A DNA stretch of 64,000 bases from Calditrichaceae bacterium (GCA_050173015.1 JBFXLE010000003.1:32001-96000); one strand, 5' to 3'. Counted from the stretch's first letter, positions 9,336-19,683 are shown. Notes: generated by a model from the letters alone, not told the origin. A program made the numbers and translations.

Positions 9336-10814
9336 TCATGTTGAAGTTTTATGGATGGAAATCAGATTATATTTTTTTTGATGAATCTTCAATTTATAAG
9401 TGATGTTCATTTCGTCAAGCATATTCTGAATAACATGGTTCTTTTGATCAGTGATAATGACATAGGTCATATCCGGCTTGTTTACTATTTCCTGAAAGAG
9501 GGTTTCGGGGCTGCGTTCTTGAGAATCCTGTTCCTGACCGTACTGAATTCGTTCCAATTTCCCGTTCAGATAATATTGCAGGCCGTAAAGTTTATCCCGA
9601 TGATATAATATAAATTTTGTGGATTGATCAGAATCTTTTTCAACGGCGCGGTACAGCTGACTCATGCATTTGGGTGAATCAACATATGCGGCAATTCCTT
9701 TCCCGACGACCATTATTACCGCCGTAAGCGCCGCTGCATAGTGTACTTTTCTCAATAATTTATTCTGTCTGTAAGCTCTGAGCAGTCCCCTACCGGTAAC
9801 AAGGGCCAGAGGCGGGACAAAGGGAAGAACATAAAACGGAAGCCGGCTTCTGGAGACGGACAGTACAATCACGGGTATCAGCAACCACAGAAACAAAAAT
9901 AAAATAACTTCGTTTTGCTTTATCTTTTTTCTGATAAAATTCTGAATATTCTCCGATGAAATCCGTGTCTTTATCTTTGGCCAAAAAAATATCCATGGAA
10001 TCAAACCGAGAAATAGCGGAACGAGATAAATAACCACCGGTTTATACCATTCGGGATTCCTGTGAAACTTATCCGAAAATACACGCGAGACTACTTCATC
10101 TTTTAAGAAATAATCCAGAAGACCATCCGTCTGCAGAATCACGTACAGATACCATGAAAAAGCGGATATGATAAAAACAGAAATTCCCGGGAAAGTCATT
10201 AGTTTTGGCAATTCGCGGCCCTGTCTTAACCGGATGGCATGAAAAACAAAAATACTCAGCAGTGAGAGAAGCGCGGGAGGGCCTTTTGTTAAGAATCCGA
10301 GACCGGATGCCAGCCATACAAGTACAATCCATCCACGACCGTGCTTACTGTTATTTGTCCTGATGGCTTTCCAGTACGCGAATACGGTAAGCAGCTCCCA
10401 AAAAGATAAAATCATATCTGTTGAAACATTGTTCGCCGCCGTGATGATAAACGGTGATGTGGCAAAAACAAAGGCAGATATATATCCCGTGATATCATCC
10501 CAAAGGGTTTTTCCCAAAGCGTAAACAAGAAGAATCATTAACAAATAGAAAAACGCGTTTGCGAATCGGGCACCCAGGTTGTTTACGCCAAACAGTTTTA
10601 TCCCCGCCGCGATTGCCCAGTAAGTCAACGGCGGCTTTGTCCAGTGAGGCTGATAGTCCAGCTGCGGAATCAACCAGTTTCCTGTTTCCAGCATTTCTCT
10701 CGCCGACTCGGCATAGCGGCCTTCCGTTGTCTCGTAAAGTCCCCGGGAGCTCTGGAATGAAAAGGCGATGAACAGCGAAATAAATATTAGCAGAAGAATA
10801 TTTTTCTTTGCCAT
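9336..10814 (-). CDS. ArnT/GT83-like polyprenyl-phosphate-sugar glycosyltransferase
   Basis: E.RYAE.AREM, KPPLTYW, GFLTKGP, multiple TM helices. Confidence 0.88.
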   Translation of the reverse strand: MAKKNILLLIFISLFIAFSFQSSRGLYETTEGRYAESAREMLETGNWLIPQLDYQPHWTKPPLTYWAIAAGIKLFGVNNLGARFANAFFYLLMILLVYALGKTLWDDITGYISAFVFATSPFIITAANNVSTDMILSFWELLTVFAYWKAIRTNNSKHGRGWIVLVWLASGLGFLTKGPPALLSLLSIFVFHAIRLRQGRELPKLMTFPGISVFIISAFSWYLYVILQTDGLLDYFLKDEVVSRVFSDKFHRNPEWYKPVVIYLVPLFLGLIPWIFFWPKIKTRISSENIQNFIRKKIKQNEVILFLFLWLLIPVIVLSVSRSRLPFYVLPFVPPLALVTGRGLLRAYRQNKLLRKVHYAAALTAVIMVVGKGIAAYVDSPKCMSQLYRAVEKDSDQSTKFILYHRDKLYGLQYYLNGKLERIQYGQEQDSQERSPETLFQEIVNKPDMTYVIITDQKNHVIQNMLDEMNITYKLKIHQKKYNLISIHKTST

Positions 10815-10818
10815 CCGG

Positions 10819-11091
10819 TCAATCTTCCCTGCCTTTTTTCTCTTTTGCTATTAGTATCAGATTTCTGCCGTATATGATCCCTCCCGTAACCTGACCGACA
10901 ATAAAAACCGGATCTTTCTGGTGAATGGCATAAATTAGCAGAAGCAGTGAACCCGCGATACTCAGATACCAAAAGATATTAGGAAAATAGCTCTTTCCGG
11001 CCCGCTCACTGCTAATCCATTGAACAATGAATCGTGAACCAAAAACCGCCTGCCCGGAAAATCCGATAAGCAACCATATTTTATTTGCCAT
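10819..11091 (-). CDS. LAB_N (lipid-A-disaccharide synthase N-terminal domain) membrane protein
   Basis: IGFSGQ..F.SRF.VQW..SE..G.S..P..FWYLS..G......YA....DPVF. Confidence 0.85.
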   Translation of the reverse strand: MANKIWLLIGFSGQAVFGSRFIVQWISSERAGKSYFPNIFWYLSIAGSLLLLIYAIHQKDPVFIVGQVTGGIIYGRNLILIAKEKKGRED

Positions 11092-11836
11092 TTTTCATTT
11101 TCCTCCCGTTGAAAACGGAGTATTTGATTTTGCTGCTTACAAATCGGCTTTGCATCCATCTTACCGCCAAAGTATCGGCGATGCCCACCCATAACCGATT
11201 ATTGATACCGTATTTCGTTTTTCCGTGAATACGCGGCCGGTGATTGACAGAAATATCAGACATGGTAAATCCGTCCAGTTCAATCAGCGTGGGAAGAAAC
11301 CGATGCATCCCCTTAAACACAGGAACATCATTTATACATTCTTTTCTGAAAACACGTATTGAACAACCTACATCCGCGACATGTGATTTTGTTACCCAAT
11401 TTCTGAAACCGTTCGCGATTCTTGAAGAAATTTTACGGACAAAATTATCCTGACGTTTCAATCTGATTCCGTTGACAAGATCCACCTTTTCTGTTTCAAG
11501 ATGCCTGACCAACCGGGGAATATCCGCCGGATCATTTTGTAAATCAGAGTCAAGCATGGCAATAAAAGCCCCTTTTGCCAATCTGAATCCTTTAGACAAA
11601 GCCGCAGACTGACCGTAATTCTTATCCAAACGGATCAGAGTGTAATTCTCGTGTTCACCACAAAGCTTCTCAATGACTTCCGCGGACCGGTCAGTTGATC
11701 CGTCATCAACAAATATACACTCCCATTGTCTTTCGAATGAACGCAGAGCATCTTGTATTTCTTCCGATAATATCGGAATCGATCCAGCTTCATTTTTTAA
11801 AGGTATGACGATGCTTAAATATATTTCATTATCCAT
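11081..11836 (-). CDS. GT2 polyprenol-phosphate glycosyltransferase (ArnC-like)
   Basis: SIVIP..NE, VDDGSTD, NYGQSAA, LDSDLQNDP, GMHRFLP; start moved from 11965 to ATG 11836, which has RBS GGAG. Confidence 0.9.
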   Translation of the reverse strand: MDNEIYLSIVIPLKNEAGSIPILSEEIQDALRSFERQWECIFVDDGSTDRSAEVIEKLCGEHENYTLIRLDKNYGQSAALSKGFRLAKGAFIAMLDSDLQNDPADIPRLVRHLETEKVDLVNGIRLKRQDNFVRKISSRIANGFRNWVTKSHVADVGCSIRVFRKECINDVPVFKGMHRFLPTLIELDGFTMSDISVNHRPRIHGKTKYGINNRLWVGIADTLAVRWMQSRFVSSKIKYSVFNGRKMKNGK

Positions 11837-12039
11837 AATAAATGTATCTCCAGGGACTGAGAAATACAGTCTTACTTCTATAGTTATATAATTTGATTTA
11901 ACCGAAGCTTTTAATGTTCTTAAAGAAACTAAAACGATAGAGTTTATATTTCTAAATACGTTCAATTTTTAATATCAAAAAGTGTATTTTAATAATAAAA
12001 TCTGAAAAAGCAAGGACTTCCAAATAACTTTATAAAAAA

Positions 12040-13401
12040 TCAGATCGAAATTTTACCAAATTCAGATAATTTGGTCACAACCAGATTTTTTATTTCTTCC
12101 ATCCTCTCAGGAGTACGCGCTTCAAAGCGTAAAACAAGAACCGGCTGGGTATTGGATGCTCTCACCAGTCCCCAGCCATCTCCAAACTGGATCCTGACGC
12201 CGTCAACATCAATGACATCATATTTTGATGAAAAATACTCCTTTGCTTTTTGAGCAATGGCGAATTTCACTTCGTCTGTGGCGACTTCAGCGCGGATTTC
12301 CGGAGTCGAATAGTATTTCGGAACATCTTCAAGCAATTCGGACATCTTTTTGTCCGATTTTGACAGAAGCTCCACCATCCTTGCCGAGGCATAGATGGCG
12401 TCATCAAAACCGTAGAAACGATCCGCGAAAAAGAGATGTCCGCTCATCTCTCCCGCAAGCGGCGATCCTGTTTCTTTCATCTTTTTCTTTAAATTGGAAT
12501 GCCCGGTTTTCCACATGACCGGCTTTCCACCGAATTTTTCTATCATTTCCGGCAATGCCTGGGAACATTTCACTTCAAAAATAACCGGCGCCCCGGGATG
12601 ATTTTTAAGAATATCTCTTCCAAAAATGATCATTAACCGGTCACCCCAGATAATATCGCCTTTCTCATCAACGACCCCGATCCGGTCCCCGTCACCGTCA
12701 TATCCAATGCCCAGATCCGCCCCTGTTTCGCGGACAGTCCTTATCAGTTCCTGAATATTTTCGACTACGGTGGGATCCGGATGATGATTGGGAAAATTTC
12801 CGTCGGGAGTATCAAAAAGATCGATTGAGTCCACATTCATCTCTTTAAACAGCCGGTGAGCAATCAAAGAGGCCGCGCCGTTTCCTGAGTCCAGAACAAC
12901 TTTGATGGGACGTTCGATATTTATGCCATTTTTTATAACGTCGATATAATCATCGTTTACCGATGCCGTCTCGTATCCGCCGTTTCCGGTGGAAAAATCA
13001 GCATCATTAATTATCTTCATGATTTCCTGAATGGCATCTCCATAAACCGGTGAATTTTTTAAAGTGAGTTTAAATCCATTGAATTCAGGCGGATTATGAC
13101 TGCCCGTAATCTGAACTCCTCCATCGACTTTCAGATGATGCATACTAAAATACTGCACCGGTGTGGGAACCGGCCCGATGTCAACCACATCAACGCCGGC
13201 AGAACGAATTCCTTCCGCTATTCTTTTTCTAAAACGTTCACTGGATAGACGGACATCCCCCCCAATTGATATTTTCATGGCGTTATTTCTTCTAAAATAA
13301 GTGCCAAATCCTTTCCCTAGCAACAAGACCACTTCATCGGTCAAATCCTGATCAACCACACCCCTTATATCGTATTCTCTGAAAATATATGGATTTAACA
13401 T
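12040..13401 (-). CDS. algC: Phosphomannomutase/phosphoglucomutase (AlgC type)
   Basis: FREYDIRG, TGSHNP, DGDGDR, GEMSGH, RASNT. Confidence 0.92.
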   Translation of the reverse strand: MLNPYIFREYDIRGVVDQDLTDEVVLLLGKGFGTYFRRNNAMKISIGGDVRLSSERFRKRIAEGIRSAGVDVVDIGPVPTPVQYFSMHHLKVDGGVQITGSHNPPEFNGFKLTLKNSPVYGDAIQEIMKIINDADFSTGNGGYETASVNDDYIDVIKNGINIERPIKVVLDSGNGAASLIAHRLFKEMNVDSIDLFDTPDGNFPNHHPDPTVVENIQELIRTVRETGADLGIGYDGDGDRIGVVDEKGDIIWGDRLMIIFGRDILKNHPGAPVIFEVKCSQALPEMIEKFGGKPVMWKTGHSNLKKKMKETGSPLAGEMSGHLFFADRFYGFDDAIYASARMVELLSKSDKKMSELLEDVPKYYSTPEIRAEVATDEVKFAIAQKAKEYFSSKYDVIDVDGVRIQFGDGWGLVRASNTQPVLVLRFEARTPERMEEIKNLVVTKLSEFGKISI

Positions 13402-13512
13402 TACCGGACTCCTATTCTCAACTCAATCTTTATTCAAATTAATAATGGCCACTTGGACAGCTTTTAATCATTTCTATGATTCTCAATAAATCAGCATGTA
13501 AATTTATATAAA

Positions 13513-14739
13513 CTACTGGTCTGCAGGAAGTTCCCCGTCCTTCGGCAAAAAATCAGCGTTTAAATGATTTATCTCCAAAATCTTTCTCACGGCCTGCTGA
13601 ATTTCATCAACAGGAAACGCTTCTCCCGTATATATATTAAACAGGTACCCGGTGTCGTTTAAATACGTGTGCATCATTAGAAACAACCGCCTGTTTTTTC
13701 CAAAATCAGAATAAATTTCTCTCATATGGATGAGATAATCGGAATAGTACCAGTTTTTTAACCGGGTGACATCCACCAGGTTCAATTGCACAAGAAAATC
13801 CCTGAAATTATCCACAAAATCCGGTTCAACGGCATCTCGTTTTATCACGACAGTCAATTCCCTTTTGCCAAAACTCCATGGATGATAAATATTAATATCT
13901 TCTTCAGCAAGTTCATTTAAAAAATATTTCTTAACAGCGTCAATTAGAAAATATTCCCCGAGTATAGTTTTTTTCCCTACCGGCGGCAGTTGGATGCTGA
14001 GTAGGTAATATTCCGGATCGTAAACCATTCTCAGGGATTGAGAAACATAACCGGCGGTTGACAGATTAGTTGTAACAATTTCCTCTTTCCGGGTAGTATC
14101 AGCCTGGCCTAAAATATAAGGGATAATATGCTGCTGATCAAAATCTCCGGTGATATATAGTTGTATGCCCTTATAGATTTCTTTGTTCTGATAAAAAACT
14201 TTTAAATCACTTCTTTTGACTGAATCCGCGGCCGCGCAAAATTTAGTTATGCCGTAGGGGCTTATACTCATCCAAAGAAGTGAATCCTGTTGATTATAGA
14301 AATTTCCCTGGCATAGCTTCAGATTTTTTCCAAAAGATCCATTATTAACAAGATTAAATATATCAAGTATTTTTCCCATATTTTCAGTAAAGGAAATTTT
14401 GTTGGTCCGAAAAGTCAAAAAACGGTTTTCCTGCCAGTTATATGTGTCATCCGGAAGCCATTTCAATGGTAAGACAGCCGTTGCTCCCGGTAACTGTTCA
14501 AACTGCCGCTGAATAGAATGCCACATAATCTCTGAGTAAATCCCAAATTCGGAATTATCTGTCGCGGCCGACTTTTTAAAATAGACGATCATCCATACAT
14601 CTGACAGGGTTTCATCCGGATCTATCCAGACCGACAGGCCGGATTTTAATCCAACCGGATGGACATATACCCCGGCGTTCGCCTTGAAGCAAAATAAAAC
14701 CGCTATTATGAAAATAAATATTTTATGATTTAAACGCAT
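13513..14739 (-). CDS. Hypothetical secreted protein
   Basis: 408-aa ORF with signal peptide (KANA|G); no confident family. Confidence 0.55.
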   Translation of the reverse strand: MRLNHKIFIFIIAVLFCFKANAGVYVHPVGLKSGLSVWIDPDETLSDVWMIVYFKKSAATDNSEFGIYSEIMWHSIQRQFEQLPGATAVLPLKWLPDDTYNWQENRFLTFRTNKISFTENMGKILDIFNLVNNGSFGKNLKLCQGNFYNQQDSLLWMSISPYGITKFCAAADSVKRSDLKVFYQNKEIYKGIQLYITGDFDQQHIIPYILGQADTTRKEEIVTTNLSTAGYVSQSLRMVYDPEYYLLSIQLPPVGKKTILGEYFLIDAVKKYFLNELAEEDINIYHPWSFGKRELTVVIKRDAVEPDFVDNFRDFLVQLNLVDVTRLKNWYYSDYLIHMREIYSDFGKNRRLFLMMHTYLNDTGYLFNIYTGEAFPVDEIQQAVRKILEINHLNADFLPKDGELPADQ

Positions 14740-15017
14740 GTAAATAAGTTAGTTATTTGAGTAATAAGCATCAAGTTCAAAATAATGAATCCAGCTAAAT
14801 TGTTGAGCGAATCTCATAAAACAGGCGATGTGCTTTTTATCATAGCATTATAATCATACTAATGTAAATTTTGCATAGATTTCGAGTGTCAGATCATTTT
14901 ATAGCGGATTTGTTATTAATAAGCGATCGTGTCAAATTTATAGTTCTAAAAAAGAATTTGACTTTATTCAATAAATTATTCAACTTTCTAAAAAGTATAA
15001 TCATAAGGTAACTATTA

Positions 15018-15239
15018 ATGAATGATAAAGTTTTAAAAGCGCTGGAAAGTGTTCGCCCGGGCCTGCAGGCCGATGGCGGCGATGTTGAATTTGTCCGCAT
15101 TGACGAAAATAATGTCGTATATATTCGTCTTGTTGGCGCCTGTGGAGGCTGCCCGATGTCCACTCTCACCCTGAAACAAGGTATCGAAAGAATAGTAAAG
15201 ATGCAGGTTCCTGAGATTACAGCCGTTGAAGCAATTTAG
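15018..15239 (+). CDS. NifU/NfuA C-terminal Fe-S carrier domain protein
   Basis: VRP.LQADGGDVE...GACGGCP.S..TLK.GIE. Confidence 0.92.
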   Translation: MNDKVLKALESVRPGLQADGGDVEFVRIDENNVVYIRLVGACGGCPMSTLTLKQGIERIVKMQVPEITAVEAI

Positions 15240-15273
15240 TTAATCACGGAATCCTAAAATAGAGGATTAACCC

Positions 15274-15828
15274 ATGATAGAAGTAAATGTCAACGGAATC
15301 TTTTTAACTCCCACACAGGCGAGCGGGATACTGCTGAAAGAGAAGAACGGCGAACGGACATTGCCGATTATCATAGGTGAATATGAGGCACAGTCAATTG
15401 CTCTCGGGTTGGAAGATATTAAACCTCCCCGGCCGATTACGCATGACCTGACTGTGAACATGTTGAATACATGTAAAATCACGATTGAGAATGTTTTGAT
15501 CACTGAATTAAAAGAAAACACCTTCTATGCCGTGATTCATCTAAAAAAAGATTCAAGCATGCTGGAGGTGGATTCACGGCCGAGCGATGCTATAGCGCTT
15601 GCTGTACGTATCGGAATTCCCATTTATGTTGATGATCTTGTGATGGAACAAGCCGCTTATATTCCGGATGATGAAGAAGAAATAAAAAACAGAAGTTTTA
15701 TCTTTAAAAGCCGGACTGAGGAAATTGATCGTCTAAAATCGGAATTGCAAAAAGCAGTTGAATCAGAAGAATACGAAAAAGCAGCCCGTCTGCGTGATAT
15801 GATAAAGCAGCTTGAATCTAATTCCTGA
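15274..15828 (+). CDS. Bifunctional nuclease domain (DUF151) protein with UVR domain
   Basis: LPIIIG.YEAQSI, RPITHDL, DSRPSDAIALA, EEYEKAARLRD. Confidence 0.9.
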   Translation: MIEVNVNGIFLTPTQASGILLKEKNGERTLPIIIGEYEAQSIALGLEDIKPPRPITHDLTVNMLNTCKITIENVLITELKENTFYAVIHLKKDSSMLEVDSRPSDAIALAVRIGIPIYVDDLVMEQAAYIPDDEEEIKNRSFIFKSRTEEIDRLKSELQKAVESEEYEKAARLRDMIKQLESNS

Positions 15829-15912
15829 GATCAAACCTGCTTATTGAATCACTTATTCTGATTTTTACACTGAAATAACTGAACTGGAGTATCAAACAAA
15901 GGGTATTGATCA

Positions 15913-16824
15913 ATGGGTAAGTTTCAATTCATGGCAAAATTATATGGTGTTCGCGGAAGCTATCCAATCGCGCCGGAAAACGGGACTAAAATAGGAGGAA
16001 ACACCCCGTGTTTGCTGGTTCGTTCTCAGAAACACATTGTCATATTTGATGCCGGCAGCGGAGTGATAAAACTTGGGAAAGACCTGATCGGCGAGATCAA
16101 TGAACATGGTAAAAAATCCGTTGATCCTCTACATATTACATTTATATTCACTCATACGCACTCCGATCATTTAATAGGTCTTCCATTCTTTGCGCCGTTG
16201 TATATGCCAAATGTCTTTATTCACTTCATCGGTCCGGCTACGTTAGGAGTCGATTTTGAACAGATATTAAGAAGACTGGTCGAACCTCAATATTTCCCGG
16301 TTTCAATGGACGAGTTCCGCTCAAATAAAAGCTTTCGTAATATTAATGAGAATATGACCATATATTTTCTTCCTGGTGTTGATGAACCGCAGATCGCCCA
16401 CGCTAATGAAACGGTACCGGACAACGCTGAATTTGCTGTTCACAATATGAAATATTACTTTCACCCGAAAGATGGGAACTATGTCTATCGGGTTAATTGG
16501 AAAAACAAAGCGCTTGTCTATGCCACAGATGTTGAAGAATATTCCGGTGGAGATCAACGGTTGATCACATTTTCCAAAGATGCTGATTTTCTGATTCATG
16601 ATGCGCAATACACCGAGGAACAATATAAAAGTTTTAACGGATACGGCCATAGCAGTTTTGTGATGGCCTGTGATGCCGCCAAACAAGCAAATGTTAAAAA
16701 ATTACTCCTTTTCCATCATGATCCGAATAACGATGACGATGTTCTTTACGAGATTGAGAAAGATGCAAGGAAACTGTTTACAAACAGCGAACTTGCTACA
16801 GAAAAATGGGAATGGATTTTATAG
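15913..16824 (+). CDS. MBL-fold metallo-hydrolase
   Basis: GVRGS..GGNT.C, HTHSDH, HDAQY, GHS, FHHDP. Confidence 0.88.
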   Translation: MGKFQFMAKLYGVRGSYPIAPENGTKIGGNTPCLLVRSQKHIVIFDAGSGVIKLGKDLIGEINEHGKKSVDPLHITFIFTHTHSDHLIGLPFFAPLYMPNVFIHFIGPATLGVDFEQILRRLVEPQYFPVSMDEFRSNKSFRNINENMTIYFLPGVDEPQIAHANETVPDNAEFAVHNMKYYFHPKDGNYVYRVNWKNKALVYATDVEEYSGGDQRLITFSKDADFLIHDAQYTEEQYKSFNGYGHSSFVMACDAAKQANVKKLLLFHHDPNNDDDVLYEIEKDARKLFTNSELATEKWEWIL

Positions 16825-16825
16825 A

Positions 16826-17428
16826 TTATACTTCCCGGCGACTTAGAATTGCTCTTCCGATCGTCGCCTGATCAACAAATTCCAGATGCGAACCTATCGG
16901 CACTCCGCTGGCGATACGCGTTACGCGTACATCTTTATCCTTGAGCATTCGAGAGATATAGATCATGGTTGCTTCGCCTTCCGTACTGGGATTAAGAGCC
17001 AATAAGACTTCATCAGTTTCATTTTTTTTCACACGCGCGGCCAGTTCCAGAATTCGGAGATCCGTCGATTTGATACCTGCTAAGGGAGAAATGACACCGC
17101 CAAGAACATGGTAGAGCCCGCGATATTCGTTAGATCCTTCTATCGCCATGATATCCACAATGTCTTCGACAACGCATATTTTTTTTTGATCCCGGCGTGA
17201 ATCAGAACAGATCGAACATAATTCATGTTCGGAAATATTAAAACACTGCGCGCATAACCGCGTTTCAGATTTAATCCGAACGATTGCATTCGCTAGATTT
17301 TCCGCAAACTCTGACTCTGCTTTAAGAATAAATATCGCCAGACGCTGAGCCGTTTTCCGGCCGATACCCGGTAGCCGGCTGAGTTCGTTGATTAAATTAT
17401 CCAGTGACGGAATACCATGTGATATCAT
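16826..17428 (-). CDS. recR: Recombination mediator RecR
   Basis: LPGIGRKTAQRLA, C4 zinc finger, YHVLGG.ISP, EGEAT. Confidence 0.97.
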   Translation of the reverse strand: MISHGIPSLDNLINELSRLPGIGRKTAQRLAIFILKAESEFAENLANAIVRIKSETRLCAQCFNISEHELCSICSDSRRDQKKICVVEDIVDIMAIEGSNEYRGLYHVLGGVISPLAGIKSTDLRILELAARVKKNETDEVLLALNPSTEGEATMIYISRMLKDKDVRVTRIASGVPIGSHLEFVDQATIGRAILSRREV

Positions 17429-17431
17429 TAT

Positions 17432-17776
17432 CTACATTCCCGGAAAATTAAAATTCTCAGGCAGGTTTAATCCACCAAGCATACCGCCGGTAACTTTTTG
17501 CATCTCTTCATTCGCTCTTTTTTGCGCGTTTTTTACTGCCTGATTCACCGCTGCTGAAATTAAATCTTCCAACATTTCTTTCTCATTGGGATCTATAACT
17601 TCCGGTTCGATGGAGATGGAAATGATTTCCAGCTTGCAGTTAGCCACCGCTTTTATCATGCCACCGCCTGAAGTGCCTTCCACGGTAATATTAGCCAGTT
17701 CATCCTGAACCTTTTGCATCTCCTTTTGTACTTTTTGGGCCTGTTTTAAAAGATCCCCCATATTGCCTAAATTCAT
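17432..17776 (-). CDS. ybaB: YbaB/EbfC nucleoid-associated protein
   Basis: KQAQK.Q, G.SGGG, EMLEDLI.AAVN.A; conserved dnaX-ybaB-recR order. Confidence 0.95.
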   Translation of the reverse strand: MNLGNMGDLLKQAQKVQKEMQKVQDELANITVEGTSGGGMIKAVANCKLEIISISIEPEVIDPNEKEMLEDLISAAVNQAVKNAQKRANEEMQKVTGGMLGGLNLPENFNFPGM

Positions 17777-17792
17777 AATATATTCTCCTGTC

Positions 17793-19409
17793 TCAAATTA
17801 ATTCCAGATCGAGTTCCTGAATTAATTTGGAAATTAATTCATCATTGGTTTTGATTTCATTGAATTTTTTTAATTTATCATTATCCCTGTTCTGCTCAGT
17901 TTTTACCTGATTCGGCTCATTGTGTTCCATTTCTTCGGGAGCTTCTATTTCGATATTCAGATTTGACCGGACTATTTTAGAGATCGTTTTTTCTATAAAT
18001 ATTTTATTTTTCTCTATGGTACTCAAATGGAACGGATTGGAATTTATAAAACATAATATAATTGTGTCATTTTTTATTTCAGATATTTCAAATGATTCGA
18101 ATGCCGTGGCGAGTGAAGGTTTTTTTGCATGAACCGCGTCAATAATCTGCTGCCATTTTTCTTTAACAACATCAATCATTTCAGCCGGTTTTTGCGCGGG
18201 CGGGTTATCTTGCGGTTTCTCGGAACCCGTGTTTATTGTGGGAGTTGATTCGAATGTTACTTCATTCCGGGCTTTTTTTTTTAACAGCTCCAATTTTTCA
18301 AGAATTTCCTCAATCCGGAGAGATGATGGCATTTTTGCCATTTTAATCAGCCCGAGTTCAAATTTGAGCTGAGGCTGTTGACTCCATTTGATGGTGTTTA
18401 ACGTTTCTGAAACAATTTGCAGATATCCAAGCGCGTCATTTTCATTTACAACTTTCGCCGCGTCACTATACCGTACCAAAAAATTCTCGGATACATCAAG
18501 CAGTTCCGTTGAACCCATGGTCCCCGCGATCAAAATATTTCTGAAATGCTCTTCAAGCCCCAGCAGAAATTCGTTTAAATCGTAGCCTGATGAAATGATC
18601 TCTTTAGTCAGAATAATCAGATCTTTCAGATTCCTGTTTCTGATATGTTCTGTGACTTCAAAAAACATATCAAGATTTATAACTCCAAGGGCCTGGGAAA
18701 CATGTTCAAACGTTATCTTATCTCCGCTGAATGAAATGATCTGATCCAGAACGCTTTGGGAATCTCTCATGGAACCATCCGCTTTTTTAGCGATCTGCAG
18801 CAAAGCTTCATCTTCCACCGTGATATTGTCAAGCTCACATATGTGCTTCAGATGTTCCATGATGGTCTTTAAAGGAATACGCTTAAAATCAAAGCGCTGG
18901 CAACGGGATAAAATCGTCGCCGGTACACGGTGAATTTCCGTTGTGGCGAATATAAACAACGCGTGGGATGGCGGTTCTTCAAGGGTTTTTAAAAGCGCGT
19001 TGAACGCTTCCTTGGTAAGCATGTGAACTTCATCGATGATATAGATACGATATTTTCCCAGCGTTGGTGAAAAACGGATATTTTCACGCAGGTTCCGGAT
19101 TTCATCAATACCTCGATTGGACGCGCCGTCAATCTCTAGGACATCCATTGAATTTCCCTTGTTGATTGACTGACAGGAGGGACATTCATTGCAGGGAGTG
19201 GGTGTCGGTCCTTTCTCACAATTGACTGCCTTGGCGAGTATTCTTGCCGTTGAAGTTTTTCCAACGCCACGAGGACCGGTAAAAATATAAGAATGTGCTA
19301 TGCGCTGATGGGCTATCGCATTGGATATGGTCTTGGATACATGTTCCTGACCGATAATCTCATCAAATTGCTGTGGACGCCATCTCCGGGCAATAACGAT
19401 GTATGACAC
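17793..19409 (-). CDS. dnaX: DNA polymerase III subunits gamma/tau
   Basis: GTG start with RBS AGGAG; ARRWRPQ.F, GPRGVGKTS, C4 zinc motif, IIDEVHML, TILSRC. Confidence 0.97.
   Translation of the reverse strand: MSYIVIARRWRPQQFDEIIGQEHVSKTISNAIAHQRIAHSYIFTGPRGVGKTSTARILAKAVNCEKGPTPTPCNECPSCQSINKGNSMDVLEIDGASNRGIDEIRNLRENIRFSPTLGKYRIYIIDEVHMLTKEAFNALLKTLEEPPSHALFIFATTEIHRVPATILSRCQRFDFKRIPLKTIMEHLKHICELDNITVEDEALLQIAKKADGSMRDSQSVLDQIISFSGDKITFEHVSQALGVINLDMFFEVTEHIRNRNLKDLIILTKEIISSGYDLNEFLLGLEEHFRNILIAGTMGSTELLDVSENFLVRYSDAAKVVNENDALGYLQIVSETLNTIKWSQQPQLKFELGLIKMAKMPSSLRIEEILEKLELLKKKARNEVTFESTPTINTGSEKPQDNPPAQKPAEMIDVVKEKWQQIIDAVHAKKPSLATAFESFEISEIKNDTIILCFINSNPFHLSTIEKNKIFIEKTISKIVRSNLNIEIEAPEEMEHNEPNQVKTEQNRDNDKLKKFNEIKTNDELISKLIQELDLELI
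18273..18282 (-). other. A10 slippage/frameshift site in dnaX
   Basis: TTA AAA AAA AAA GCC near codon 376-379; both shifted frames stop within a few codons. Confidence 0.65.
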
Positions 19410-19427
19410 TTAGCACTCCTATGAAAA

Positions 19428-19524
19428 AGCCAGGTGAACCCACGGCACATAGTCCGAACGCTTACCGCTGCTTCCTTCCGGACCTGACGGGGTTGGGCGA
19501 TGTCCTATTGCGTGGGACCTGGCT
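19428..19524 (-). ncRNA. ffs: Signal recognition particle RNA (small/4.5S type)
   Basis: Contains GTCAGGTCCGGAAGGAAGCAGC; closed by AGCCAGG/CCTGGCT stem; directly upstream of dnaX. Confidence 0.95.
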
Positions 19525-19610
19525 AAATTATTAAGAGCAAAGACTATTGAGAAATGAAAATCCTTATGCTATATACCGCTTTTTTCTCTTTTTGTCTTCA
19601 TTCTTACCGG

Positions 19611-19683
19611 TGGAGCTGAGCGGGATCGAACCGCTGACCTATGCATTGCGAACGCATCGCTCTCCCAACTGAGCTACAGCCCC
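19611..19683 (-). tRNA. tRNA-Ala (anticodon CGC), CCA not encoded
   Basis: GGGGCTGTAGCTCAGTTGGGAGAGCGATGCGTT-CGC-AATGCATAGGTCAGCGGTTCGATCCCGCTCAGCTCCA; G3:U70 pair; followed by CCG. Confidence 0.95.

Noticed and set aside
19560-19683. tRNA as integration site of a genomic island
   Set aside because: No integrase and no duplicated tRNA 3' end noticed; downstream genes are core (ffs, dnaX).
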